A DNA stretch of 64,000 bases from a virus, in IMG/VR virus record IMGVR_UViG_3300009163_000025, positions 1 through 64,000 of that record; one strand, 5' to 3'. Of the stretch, positions 37,187 through 46,409 are shown one piece after another; positions within the stretch are counted from its first letter, which is position 1; each line of letters starts with the position of its first letter. The notes under the pieces were generated by a model that saw only the letters and a program-made list of their open reading frames with translations, ran no database searches and was not told the origin of the DNA. Both the position numbers and the translations under genes were made by a program.

Positions 37187-37464
37187 TAAATTTTCTCTTT
37201 AGTAAAAATGTCTGACCACGTTTGTAATTTCTTACGTTTGTTTTGTGAAGCCTGTTCTACTTCATCAATGTTGATGATTTTATTTTCAATCATCAATTGA
37301 ATCATGCAAAACAAATCTCCAACTTCTTCTGTTAACCTTTGCCGATTGGTGCGATCCAAATGAACTGCATCAATGCCAAATCGAAAAACTTTGCTAATCG
37401 CTTGTGTCACTTCCGCACATTCTTCCTGTGCAATCAGCAATACTTCTTTTTCGACCTCATTCAT
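37186..37464 (-). CDS. MazG-like nucleotide pyrophosphohydrolase
   Basis: EECAEV.QAISK ... EEVGDL motifs; AAGGA SD before ATG 37464. Confidence 0.8.
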   Translation of the reverse strand: MNEVEKEVLLIAQEECAEVTQAISKVFRFGIDAVHLDRTNRQRLTEEVGDLFCMIQLMIENKIINIDEVEQASQNKRKKLQTWSDIFTKEKI

Positions 37465-37484
37465 TATATATCCTTTTTCTTTCA

Positions 37485-37513
37485 ATTATACACTTGTTCG
37501 AGCAAATTGTCAA
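37485..37513 (-). promoter_or_regulatory. Consensus sigma70 promoter for mazG-leader unit
   Basis: TTGACA(37513-37508)-17-TATAAT(37490-37485). Confidence 0.8.
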
Positions 37514-38396
37514 GAACTTTTTTTGTTTCTTTGCTTGTCGCACCATAAATCTTAAATTGATCTGCTAGTGACATTACGCCTTGAACTAACATTTCTTTCG
37601 GCTCGCCTTTATTGTATTCATACATCACTCGCTTATTCAAGAATGACGCAACCTTTTCAATTACGATTCTTGGAAACTCATCTGTTTTTAAATTCCATTG
37701 ATTAGCACTCAAATCAACACTAATGTTTGTTCGAATCGCAATATTTGGATGCGGTTTATTGATATTCATTCTACAAATTTCCTTACAAGAAAACGTTTTA
37801 CATCATAACACTTTTTAAAATATACTGAAGATCGTTTGTTATTAATTGACAACTTCACTTCAATATTCTTCGGTGATTTCACAACAACTGCACCATAACA
37901 ATTTTTGTTCAACCCAAATGGTATCACATAACCATCACCTCTGTCAAGTTTTTTCTTTGCATATCCGTTTGCGCCTTTGATCTTATCCAAAGCACCAAAA
38001 CGAATTGTGTCCAAAACTTCTACGGCAATAGATTGTCTCGGACCCATGCCTTCAATATACATATTGTTCCTTGTGCTTTGGTTCTCTCTTACGTTTGTCT
38101 TCAACCACACGCATACGATACTTAGGGCTACGCAAGTCCTTTGCTACCATATTACGTGGCTTTGATCTACAAACTTTCACCGTAATCACCATAGTCCTCA
38201 TTTGTTCCCATTCCTGCTGAAGCCATAGCGGAATCAAAATCTCCGTCCATGCTTTCATTATACTCTACATCCATAAAACTTGCAACAAAATCATCTACCA
38301 ATTCTACTGGTATACTAAGCATTGTTGCAATCGTGAATTCATTGTATCCTTGTGTATACAATTGTTCAATCTCCATAGCCAACTCGCTCATCCTAC

Positions 38397-38741
38397 TCAT
38401 GCTAGTTCCTTTTGTTTATCCAAAACTTCCTGATACGTCATTGTGGGTTCTTTGCTAGTGATAGCACCATCAAACTGTAACTGAGACCTCTCAAACCATG
38501 AAAGGTAATCATCACTTTCCATAGACCAATCAGTCATGTACTCGCTGGAATAATCTGTATCTGTTTCAATGCCAGTCAAGGTGAACTTCACAAACTCATT
38601 ATAGTCTATGTTAAGCGGAACGTCAAGTATCTTATACTCGGAACCGCCTTTTGCTTTCCAATACTGAGGACACTCACCCACACCATCCCAATCATGTGCG
38701 CCATAATTTTCGTGGTACTGAGTGCGGATAACTATCATCAT
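38397..38741 (-). CDS. Conserved phage hypothetical protein
   Basis: TQY.ENYGAHDWDG.GECPQYWK.KGG. Confidence 0.7.
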   Translation of the reverse strand: MMIVIRTQYHENYGAHDWDGVGECPQYWKAKGGSEYKILDVPLNIDYNEFVKFTLTGIETDTDYSSEYMTDWSMESDDYLSWFERSQLQFDGAITSKEPTMTYQEVLDKQKELA

Positions 38742-39235
38742 ATATTTAGTCCTTTAATAACTTTGGTGTGAATGACCTATTGCGAACAATGGAGCACCAT
38801 CGTTGTCATCGCCAGCAGGCCGTGGCAAAAAACAATCCGCAAAATCGTCATAACAATAATAACCAGTCTGTGTCACAACCAACCGAGCATCGGCTGGCAA
38901 AGCGGACAAAGCGGCAATCATATCTGCAACATTAATAAAATTAGTCATATTATCTCTCCTTAAAACCTAATTCAAATTCCATCATCAACATTTTGGCAAT
39001 ATTGATATACTGCCTTGCATCATTCAACGCACGTTCACTACCCGACTGCATCACTTCCTGTGCATCAGAAAGGTAACTTGCAATCACCATACCAGGACCA
39101 GAAAATTTGAAACTGATTGAATCCGTAACGGACTCAAGAATTTCGGATTTCTTAGCACCGTATGCTTGGATTTCCCAGAGGGTTTGTTCGTTTGCTGTTC
39201 TCATTTCAATGTCCTTTATCAACTCAACAGAATTA

Positions 39236-39297
39236 ATTATACACGGTTCGGAGGGTAAGTCAACAACTATTTTTGATAGTGTTGTTATTCTGCAACA
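39236..39297 (-). promoter_or_regulatory. Early promoter with box
   Basis: TTGACT-16-TATAAT; TGTTG-TTATTCTG-CAACA at 39280-39297. Confidence 0.8.
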
Positions 39298-40210
39298 GTT
39301 GCAAACATCTTGCGGCCGTCAACCATGAACCGCTCGAATGCTTCCATAGTCTTTTCAGAGTAAACCATCTTACCTTCACGTTGGATATCTTGCAACAACT
39401 CCAAGAAACCCAAGCCTAAAAATTCACGTTCTTTATTCAGAATACCAATTGCTGTTTCGATTTTCATTTTATTTCCTTAATCAAAAAAGTTGCCAGACTG
39501 ACACGAAAATGCATTCTGGCCAGCATCAAACCAAGCCATAGGATGCAAATCTAATTTATCAATCACTTGACGATTGCACATTTCCATCGCATTCAGTTTA
39601 GACTCTGCGGTGAATTCATAAACATCTTTACCAACATAAAATTTGTATGTAATCATATTAAGCACCATAAAAGTCAGAAGTAAAACCACAAGTATTGTAG
39701 ACACATTCCCGAACATCTGTGTCCATTGCTTCACCAAATTTGCTGTAATCATTTTTGGCTAACATGTTGAGACACTTGTAAGTTTCTGGCCATGTCAGGT
39801 TCATTGTTACTGCGGCAACAACAACACCATGAACGGCTAAGTTACCAACTTCGCTAAACATTCCGTAAGAGATATCATGTGATAATGTAGTCATTTTATT
39901 TCCTTAAATCAAATCAACTTGAACTTGCGTACCAACTTGCGAGGTATTGTAACTTGTCATACCAACACCAGTGGGAACCAACGCACCATCTTTTTGTGCC
40001 ATGTAACGCATGTAAGACAAACGCAACAGAGCATCATTGGCCGCTTGTGAATGAGTGTATGTAGCAAACACACTAGACACACCAGCAACGGTGGTGTAGA
40101 CACCAATTCCGTCAAACATCACACGAATTTTCTGTGAATTTTTGAAGCCTTGGATGTAGGTTTTAGTACGCATTTCAAATTTCCTTTTCTTTTCTCAATC
40201 TCTAGACTCT

Positions 40211-40272
40211 AGTATACCACAATGGGTACATATGTCAACAACTATTTTCAATTCTGTTGTTTTTATGCAACT
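40211..40272 (-). promoter_or_regulatory. Early promoter with box
   Basis: TTGACA-16-TATACT; box 40255-40272. Confidence 0.8.
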
Positions 40273-40286
40273 GAATACTTTGGTAT

Positions 40287-40619
40287 TCACATTGCTCCCA
40301 TCCAACGAACATTCTGAAAAGTCCGTGCCATCGTGTTTCCACGGGCAAAATTCTTAGCGGGACTTGCCCATCCAGCGGCTTTCAAAATGTCGCCTTTAGT
40401 GAATTTGCCCATGTCACGGAGACAAACAAACGAATGCACGGAACGACCGCTACCTTTGCGACCAGTAATTACTTTGATGTAACTGCGACCAACTTCAAAT
40501 GACAGGCTATCGCAAAAATCTTGCGCCATTGCCTTTTGGGTTTCAGTAGGTGTTGCACCTTGCCACTTAATGTAGTCAGCCTTGATGCATTCCAGATATT
40601 CGTTAAAACCGTCAATCAT
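40287..40619 (-). CDS. Conserved phage early hypothetical protein
   Basis: G.SYIKV...SVHSFV...GDILKAAGWASPAKNFARGN. Confidence 0.7.
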   Translation of the reverse strand: MIDGFNEYLECIKADYIKWQGATPTETQKAMAQDFCDSLSFEVGRSYIKVITGRKGSGRSVHSFVCLRDMGKFTKGDILKAAGWASPAKNFARGNTMARTFQNVRWMGAM

Positions 40620-40654
40620 TTTGTTTCCTTTAGTTTTCTCACTCAACAGATACA

Positions 40655-40735
40655 AGTATACTCGCTTCGGAGGGTAAGTCAAGGGTTTTTTGATGTGTTG
40701 CACAAATACAACATATTTGTGGGGAAAAAACAACG
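40655..40735 (-). promoter_or_regulatory. Early promoter with two boxes
   Basis: TTGACT-16-TATACT; boxes 40696-40713 and 40718-40735. Confidence 0.8.
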
Positions 40736-41023
40736 CCCTAGAACCGGTTTTAGGCGGTTTCTAGGGCTAAGGAGGGGTGTCAGTACATTAGACGGCTTGA
40801 GCCGTCCTAGAGGGCGGTTTAGAACGCTATTTTACATCATCAAAGTCTTCAAATTCATCCCACTCATCCTCTTTAATATTTTTAGGATCAATGAATCGAA
40901 TTTGCTTACGGAATTTATCTTTTTGCTTTTGTGATTCGCTCACGTTTTTAGATTTCTTTTTTGGACGATCATCGTCCTCATAAAATTCTCGAAACGTGTT
41001 ATACTTTTTGCTTGTCATGGAAT

Positions 41024-41464
41024 TTATTTTTCCCCTAGAAAAACTTCTGGCAATGCTTCTTCAACAAGTTTGCGTGAGAAGCCTTTGTAGGACAATTTCT
41101 TGTCTTTGATTTGAAGAATGAGTTTTGCCTCTTCTGGCGAAACTGATTCTAAAATTTCAATGAAGATTTTTTCACGTTTAATTGTATTGACGTTATATGT
41201 CGCAAGCAAATATTCAAACTTACGCATTTCTTTCGGCAATCTATTGTGTCCCCAATTGTCAGGTGTTTCCATAGGTTTGTATGGAGGTGCACCTTCGGGC
41301 AAATCAAATTTTACATCATTGCGATAAACGTACCACAAAAGAACTTTTACGTCTTTTCGTAGATTCCCAATTTGTTTCAGCGCATCAACTCTTTTACCTG
41401 CCGATAAATCGGATACGTGTTTAAGTATTTCGGGCAAAGTCATTTTATCAACATTAATAGCCAT
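41024..41464 (-). CDS. Conserved T4-like hypothetical protein next to rnh
   Basis: LPEG.PPY, KRE.IFI.ILE.V..EEA.L....KDK.L pattern. Confidence 0.7.
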   Translation of the reverse strand: MAINVDKMTLPEILKHVSDLSAGKRVDALKQIGNLRKDVKVLLWYVYRNDVKFDLPEGAPPYKPMETPDNWGHNRLPKEMRKFEYLLATYNVNTIKREKIFIEILESVSPEEAKLILQIKDKKLSYKGFSRKLVEEALPEVFLGEK

Positions 41465-41465
41465 G

Positions 41466-42332
41466 TTAAAATTCCTGTATGTGTTCCATCAGCATCTTCA
41501 AACGATACTTGATAAAGTAATTAAAAATCTTGTCCCTGCTATTTTCATTAGCGGAGTCATAATGTTCTAGAATTTTGTCCTGAATTTCTTGTGGAATTTT
41601 AGAGAGATCAATAAGCATTTCATTACGTTTATAGTTTCTCAGCATAATTTCATCACAAAAAGTCTCAGGTTCTTGTTCTAGCCAACTATTTAGTTTTTTT
41701 TCAGTTACAGGTTTCTGGCGGCTTTCTGCGACAAACGTATCATCGGAAGACAAGAAGTTAGGAATGCCATCACTTCGATCACCCTTAAGAATGTGTTCTT
41801 TTAGGAATTTGTCTGCGCTATTTGTGCGTAGGAATTTCTTGCCCATCGGGCTGTATTGTTCCACATTGACAAACTTTTGCAATTGCATAAAGTCTTTATC
41901 ACTAGAGAGAATAAGAATTTTTTCAGTCGCATCATTTTTAAGTTGTGTTCCGAACTTGTGGCAGAGTGTGCCGATAATGTCATCGGCTTCTGTTTTATCA
42001 ACTTGGATAACTTTATATGGTAAGTGTTCCTTGATTTCATCACGCACTCTGTTTAGCGTTTCAAAAATTAGATTCCAATCAAACGGAGATGCTTCTCTGT
42101 CTTTCTTACGTCCTGCTTTGTAGTAAGGAAAGAAGTCTCTGCGCCAATACTTCTTGTCATCGCTACAGATAACAATATCACCATACTGTTCTTTGAATTT
42201 AGTATTGTACATTCGAATGCTGTTAAGCACCATGTGACGAATTAGATTTTCATCTAACGGTGTTGATGCATTAGAACCAATCTGCATCATCAGATTGGAA
42301 ATCATTACCTGATTCAAGTCAATCAAAATCAT
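41466..42332 (-). CDS. rnh: T4 RNase H (5'-3' flap exonuclease)
   Basis: MILIDLNQ, YWRR..FPYYKA.RK, EADDII, SSDKDF.QL, GDRSDGIPN. Confidence 0.95.
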   Translation of the reverse strand: MILIDLNQVMISNLMMQIGSNASTPLDENLIRHMVLNSIRMYNTKFKEQYGDIVICSDDKKYWRRDFFPYYKAGRKKDREASPFDWNLIFETLNRVRDEIKEHLPYKVIQVDKTEADDIIGTLCHKFGTQLKNDATEKILILSSDKDFMQLQKFVNVEQYSPMGKKFLRTNSADKFLKEHILKGDRSDGIPNFLSSDDTFVAESRQKPVTEKKLNSWLEQEPETFCDEIMLRNYKRNEMLIDLSKIPQEIQDKILEHYDSANENSRDKIFNYFIKYRLKMLMEHIQEF

Positions 42333-42535
42333 TTTATATTCTCAATAGTTCTGAACAATCCAAGCAGATAGTTCTTTAACTCGGGATTCAAGTACCGAGA
42401 TTGCGGTATGAATGTGTCCAGTATCATGGTCTTCTATTCGGCTTTTTAAGATTTCAATTTCATCTTTAAGTGCCTCAACATGCTTAACACGATCATGCAC
42501 TTCACTTGTAGTAACGATTGCCATAATGTATTCCT

Positions 42536-43654
42536 TTAATTTAATACTCTAACAATGATTGTATCAGAATTAATACGTCCTGTCAACTCGCTAGGTTTGG
42601 TAGACAAACCATCTAGGAGTTTTTTCAACACAATCTTGCCACCATCAAGTACTTGCTTAACAGTCACTTCAGGCTTACGCAAACGTTTGCCAATGGACGT
42701 TTCAACATTAAAGTTTTGAATTGTCGTACCTTTGATCGTCAAACCTTTTGCGTTATCTGCATTGTACATGCCAAGCAATTTAGTTTTGGTATTATACAAC
42801 CACACTTGATTCGCACCAATAATCTTTTCGGGTAGAACACTCTTCAAATTCAACTCAGCAAAATCTTTCATGTATTGCACTTTGGCGGCAACTACACTTG
42901 CTGGTTTCTCTTTTACTTTACGTGCTTTACGGGTAGGTTTCTTTTCTGCGCCACGATTTGTTTCTGCAACAATCGCATCATAAAATTCTTTAATCTTACG
43001 CAATTGTACTTTGCTGAAATTAGAATAACCTTCTTTGATATCAGCATCGGTTGTATTCATCGCATCTTCAAACTCTTTAGAACGTTTAATGAACACTTCA
43101 CACATACGCTTTTGCACAACGGAAGATAAGTCTTTGCTTTTCAGATATGATTGCATGTCTGGTGCAGATTTGCATCCACCAGCAATGAAGTCATCCACAA
43201 GCCCCTCAATTTCGCCAACTTCTTCAAGTGCCTTCTCATGTATACGATCTTGAATGTTAACAGTTATTACTGCAATGTGCTGTGCGGTTTTGGCTTTTGC
43301 TTTTGTTTTCTTTGCAGTTTCAAGAACATTCTTAAACTCTTTGACAAAGAATTTCTTGAATGATTCGGAAGGTTCGTAGCCCATACACATCATACGTGCT
43401 ACCCAACCAAGTTGCACTGGAATAGATGCGTCACTTGATGCGACTAGAGCAATTTCTTCCTTCGGTCTATCAATGCTATCCATGTATTCGATAACAAACG
43501 TTTTTGCTTGCTTGTTGTCACAAAAATAATTATACCAATTCAATGCACGAATTTCTTCGCTTCTAAGATTAGTCATCTCGGCTTGATTGGTCCAAGAAGG
43601 TTCCATGCCATATGCTTTTGCATCGGCACCAGGATTAATCTTGGAAAATTTCAT
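42536..43654 (-). CDS. Conserved T4-like hypothetical protein
   Basis: 372-aa ORF; ALNWYNY, LRKPE, GRIN motifs. Confidence 0.7.
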   Translation of the reverse strand: MKFSKINPGADAKAYGMEPSWTNQAEMTNLRSEEIRALNWYNYFCDNKQAKTFVIEYMDSIDRPKEEIALVASSDASIPVQLGWVARMMCMGYEPSESFKKFFVKEFKNVLETAKKTKAKAKTAQHIAVITVNIQDRIHEKALEEVGEIEGLVDDFIAGGCKSAPDMQSYLKSKDLSSVVQKRMCEVFIKRSKEFEDAMNTTDADIKEGYSNFSKVQLRKIKEFYDAIVAETNRGAEKKPTRKARKVKEKPASVVAAKVQYMKDFAELNLKSVLPEKIIGANQVWLYNTKTKLLGMYNADNAKGLTIKGTTIQNFNVETSIGKRLRKPEVTVKQVLDGGKIVLKKLLDGLSTKPSELTGRINSDTIIVRVLN

Positions 43655-43657
43655 AGT

Positions 43658-43971
43658 TTATTCACCCAATGTAAATGATACAGATTTAATAGAATCGTAA
43701 CGGAATGAACGCCATTCGTTTTTCTCTAAGTCAACTACAGAGATAGACTCATCAGTTGAAGTGATGCGAACACGCTCGGTTTTCTTTTCATATACTGGAA
43801 TTGCAGATTCTTCTAGTGTGCATTTCATGGTACGCATTGTGCCATCTTTCTTTTGAAAGTCAACAGTCACAGGACCAAATTTGAGGTGGCTAACAAGCCA
43901 CTTCCGAAATGCTTTTTGTTCACTTGTATTAGCACTCGCATAATAAAAATTCGTCATATCAAAGTTCTCCA
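43658..43971 (-). CDS. WYL-like/SH3-fold (DUF2693-like) protein
   Basis: V.F.KKDGT.R.MKCTL...DLEKNEWRSFR; start approximate. Confidence 0.65.
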
Positions 43972-44025
43972 TGTTAAAAATAACGTTTGTCAATGTTTCT
44001 AGTATACTCACAACTCGGTGGATTG

Positions 44026-44280
44026 TCAAGTGTCATCTTCATCATTATCCAATTTTGTTAATTCATGTAGATGGTCATACAACTCTTTTAGCCCGCCAAT
44101 ATAATTAAGCCCATGATATACGTGAGGTATTTGCTTCGTTTCTGGATGCAATCTTAGCAATTGATTTACAGTATAGTGCTTGCCGATAAGAAAAATTTTA
44201 TATTGTTGGTGAGATGCCAGCAATAAATTTTCTGCTTTATCTGTAGCCCTACTATTTTCTGCTCCGTATATGTAGAACAT
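44026..44280 (-). CDS. Glutaredoxin-fold protein lacking CxxC
   Basis: IYG....(SRAT)KA..LL, QIPHV...YIGG..EL. Confidence 0.55.
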   Translation of the reverse strand: MFYIYGAENSRATDKAENLLLASHQQYKIFLIGKHYTVNQLLRLHPETKQIPHVYHGLNYIGGLKELYDHLHELTKLDNDEDDT

Positions 44281-44660
44281 TATCGACCTTGTTGAATTTT
44301 GATAAACTCACCAGGGTCATAATTTAATTTTGTTGACATAATTTTTCCTTTATAGTCGTAAGTAACGTAATATCCACTCAATACATTTTGAGTTTCATTT
44401 TCGTATACGATTCTACAAGAAATTTGATTCGGAGTCACTATGGTAATTGAATTATCGAATCTATCATAATGAGTCCGCTGTTGGATTTTATTGCACACTT
44501 GCCGTGATACAAGTCTATCCTGTTTATCAAACACAAGTTCCTTAGTTAGAATTTTTGCTTGATACGTTCCATTCTCAGCAGAATCGGATACAACATTCAC
44601 TTCTGCATGTACTGCATTAATGAATGCTATCAGTAATACTGCTTTTATATATGCTTTCAT
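44280..44660 (-). CDS. Secreted YcfJ-like protein
   Basis: Signal peptide; C...C pair, GYYVTYDYKG. Confidence 0.5.
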   Translation of the reverse strand: MKAYIKAVLLIAFINAVHAEVNVVSDSAENGTYQAKILTKELVFDKQDRLVSRQVCNKIQQRTHYDRFDNSITIVTPNQISCRIVYENETQNVLSGYYVTYDYKGKIMSTKLNYDPGEFIKIQQGR

Positions 44661-45004
44661 TCTATTACATAAATTCGTTTAACAACTTTAATTGGTACTC
44701 TCATTGCAGGTTCTTTAGCCAATTTTACTGTACGCAATTCTCCATCATACTCAATTGTCACATTGTATCCAATTGGTGTAGTATAATACATCTTATCATG
44801 ATATGTGGTGCAACTTTGTTTTTCCTGATTGGTACCAACTTGCATAATTGTGGTGCATGATTGTCGTGGTACAGTATTGAAACCAGTCTTTAGAATTGGA
44901 TCAACATTGACAACCCTAGCATAGTCATACTGAACAACTTCCTGTGCGGATGCAATAGCCGCAAATGATGCAAGCAAGGCAAAGGCTAAAGTTTTGTATT
45001 TCAC
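44657..45004 (-). CDS. Secreted YcfJ-like protein (paralog)
   Basis: YARVVNV.P, PRQSC...C, GYNVTIEYDG; start approximate. Confidence 0.5.
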   Translation of the reverse strand: MKYKTLAFALLASFAAIASAQEVVQYDYARVVNVDPILKTGFNTVPRQSCTTIMQVGTNQEKQSCTTYHDKMYYTTPIGYNVTIEYDGELRTVKLAKEPAMRVPIKVVKRIYVIE

Positions 45005-45419
45005 GATTTTTCCTTTAAAAAAGTTTATCTGCAAGTGCCGCCGCATTCCATGCTGAAAAGAATATATTCAGCCATCCCATTTTATTGTTTCCATTTTCAA
45101 AGTCAATTGTTGCAAACTTCCAACACATTACCATAAACAATACATTGAGTACAATAAACATATTCATGATTTCATTCCTTTAATCATAGAACCGACTAGG
45201 AATTGTAAATACGCTAATGCTAAAATAGTTTCCAAGTCAAAGGAAATTGAAGTTAAAAATACAGTATTGATTGCCCATATCGTAATCGCAGAGGATATAA
45301 TAACGGCAACAAACATGCCTGCTAAAAATACCAAAATGGCAGTTAGTGTCATTTCTTTAGTGTTCATAAAATCTCCATTCATATTTAACATCTTAACATA
45401 CTTGAATTGGCATGTCAAG

Positions 45420-45737
45420 TCAGAATGTATTTAAGGTTGGTTCGCATTCTGCTATCAACTCACGTTCCCTTTGGTGGGCTGGTTTGCGTCCACGAATGAT
45501 TTCCATCACTTCGTATTGCCACTTTGCGCCAGACAATTCACGCAATGCATTACACATTGCCCAATCTTTGTCTTCGCACTTTGCACGGCTCACATGCTTT
45601 TGCCACCGAACTTTTACGGAACGCAAGTAGGCTTGACCCTGTGCAACAGTCAAGCCGATGTATGTATCACCTGTATCCACGCAAGTAACTCTGTACAGAA
45701 CGTGGTTTCTATCAGAACGTTTTTTTCTCATTACCAT
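45420..45737 (-). CDS. Small GIY-YIG nuclease-family protein
   Basis: VLY.VT....G.TYIGLT, RW..H, E.ELI motifs. Confidence 0.75.
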   Translation of the reverse strand: MVMRKKRSDRNHVLYRVTCVDTGDTYIGLTVAQGQAYLRSVKVRWQKHVSRAKCEDKDWAMCNALRELSGAKWQYEVMEIIRGRKPAHQRERELIAECEPTLNTF

Positions 45738-45743
45738 ACTTAC

Positions 45744-45838
45744 AGTATAGCATAGTGAGGATGTAAGTCAAGTACTTTCCACATTGTTGCACAAAAACAA
45801 CAAAATCCCCCTACAGAAAGTGTTGTTTTTACGCAACA
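45744..45838 (-). promoter_or_regulatory. Early promoter with two boxes at the strand switch
   Basis: TTGACT-16-TATACT; boxes 45785-45802 and 45821-45838. Confidence 0.8.
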
Positions 45839-45895
45839 TCCTAGGACTTGGTTTACCATAAATAAAGGCACTATAATCCTAGGGAGGGAATAGTT

Positions 45896-46045
45896 ATGGA
45901 CATGGTAGAAATACTTTTAAAAGCATGGCCAGTTTTTTTAGCGTTTATTACTCTCGTTATTGTTTTAGCAAAAATGGATGTGCGAATTGGTGTCTTAGAA
46001 GACAAAGTAAAATCGCTTTTCGATTTATATAACAAAGGAAAGTAA
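45896..46045 (+). CDS. Small membrane protein (49 aa)
   Basis: GGAGG SD; MDMVEILLKAWPVFLAFITLVIVLAKMDVRIGVLEDKVKSLFDLYNKGK; CATAAATA late-like promoter at 45857-45864. Confidence 0.65.
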   Translation: MDMVEILLKAWPVFLAFITLVIVLAKMDVRIGVLEDKVKSLFDLYNKGK

Positions 46046-46046
46046 A

Positions 46047-46391
46047 ATGGCAGAAGAAAATAAAGAAAGTGCTAAAGGCGCTTTCATAGAGAAACTATTG
46101 TTTGCTCTACTCCCCCTACTAATTGGTTCAACGGGATACTTAATTCAAGCATTGGGTTCTATTCAACACGATGTAACTATTTTGAATCAAAAAGTTAGTT
46201 TAGTTGTTACAACAGATAATAAACAAGCAAGTAACAGCGGTGCTGAATTAGCCCGTGAAAAACTACGTCAAGACTTAGAAAAAGAAATTCAAAAGAACCG
46301 TGATGCTATCATGGAAAATCGCCAACATATTGCCGTCTTGGAAGATAGATTAGGTTTTGGTTCAAAGAAAATTGGCTCAATGAAAGATTAA
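46047..46391 (+). CDS. Membrane-anchored coiled-coil hypothetical protein
   Basis: One TM segment followed by coiled coil. Confidence 0.6.
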   Translation: MAEENKESAKGAFIEKLLFALLPLLIGSTGYLIQALGSIQHDVTILNQKVSLVVTTDNKQASNSGAELAREKLRQDLEKEIQKNRDAIMENRQHIAVLEDRLGFGSKKIGSMKD

Positions 46392-46409
46392 AGAAAGTAA
46401 AATACTATA

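Noticed and set aside
45420-45737. GIY-YIG gene as a mobile homing endonuclease element
   Set aside because: It is too short to carry a DNA-binding domain, sits in no intron and is not next to a conserved target gene; listed as a plain CDS.
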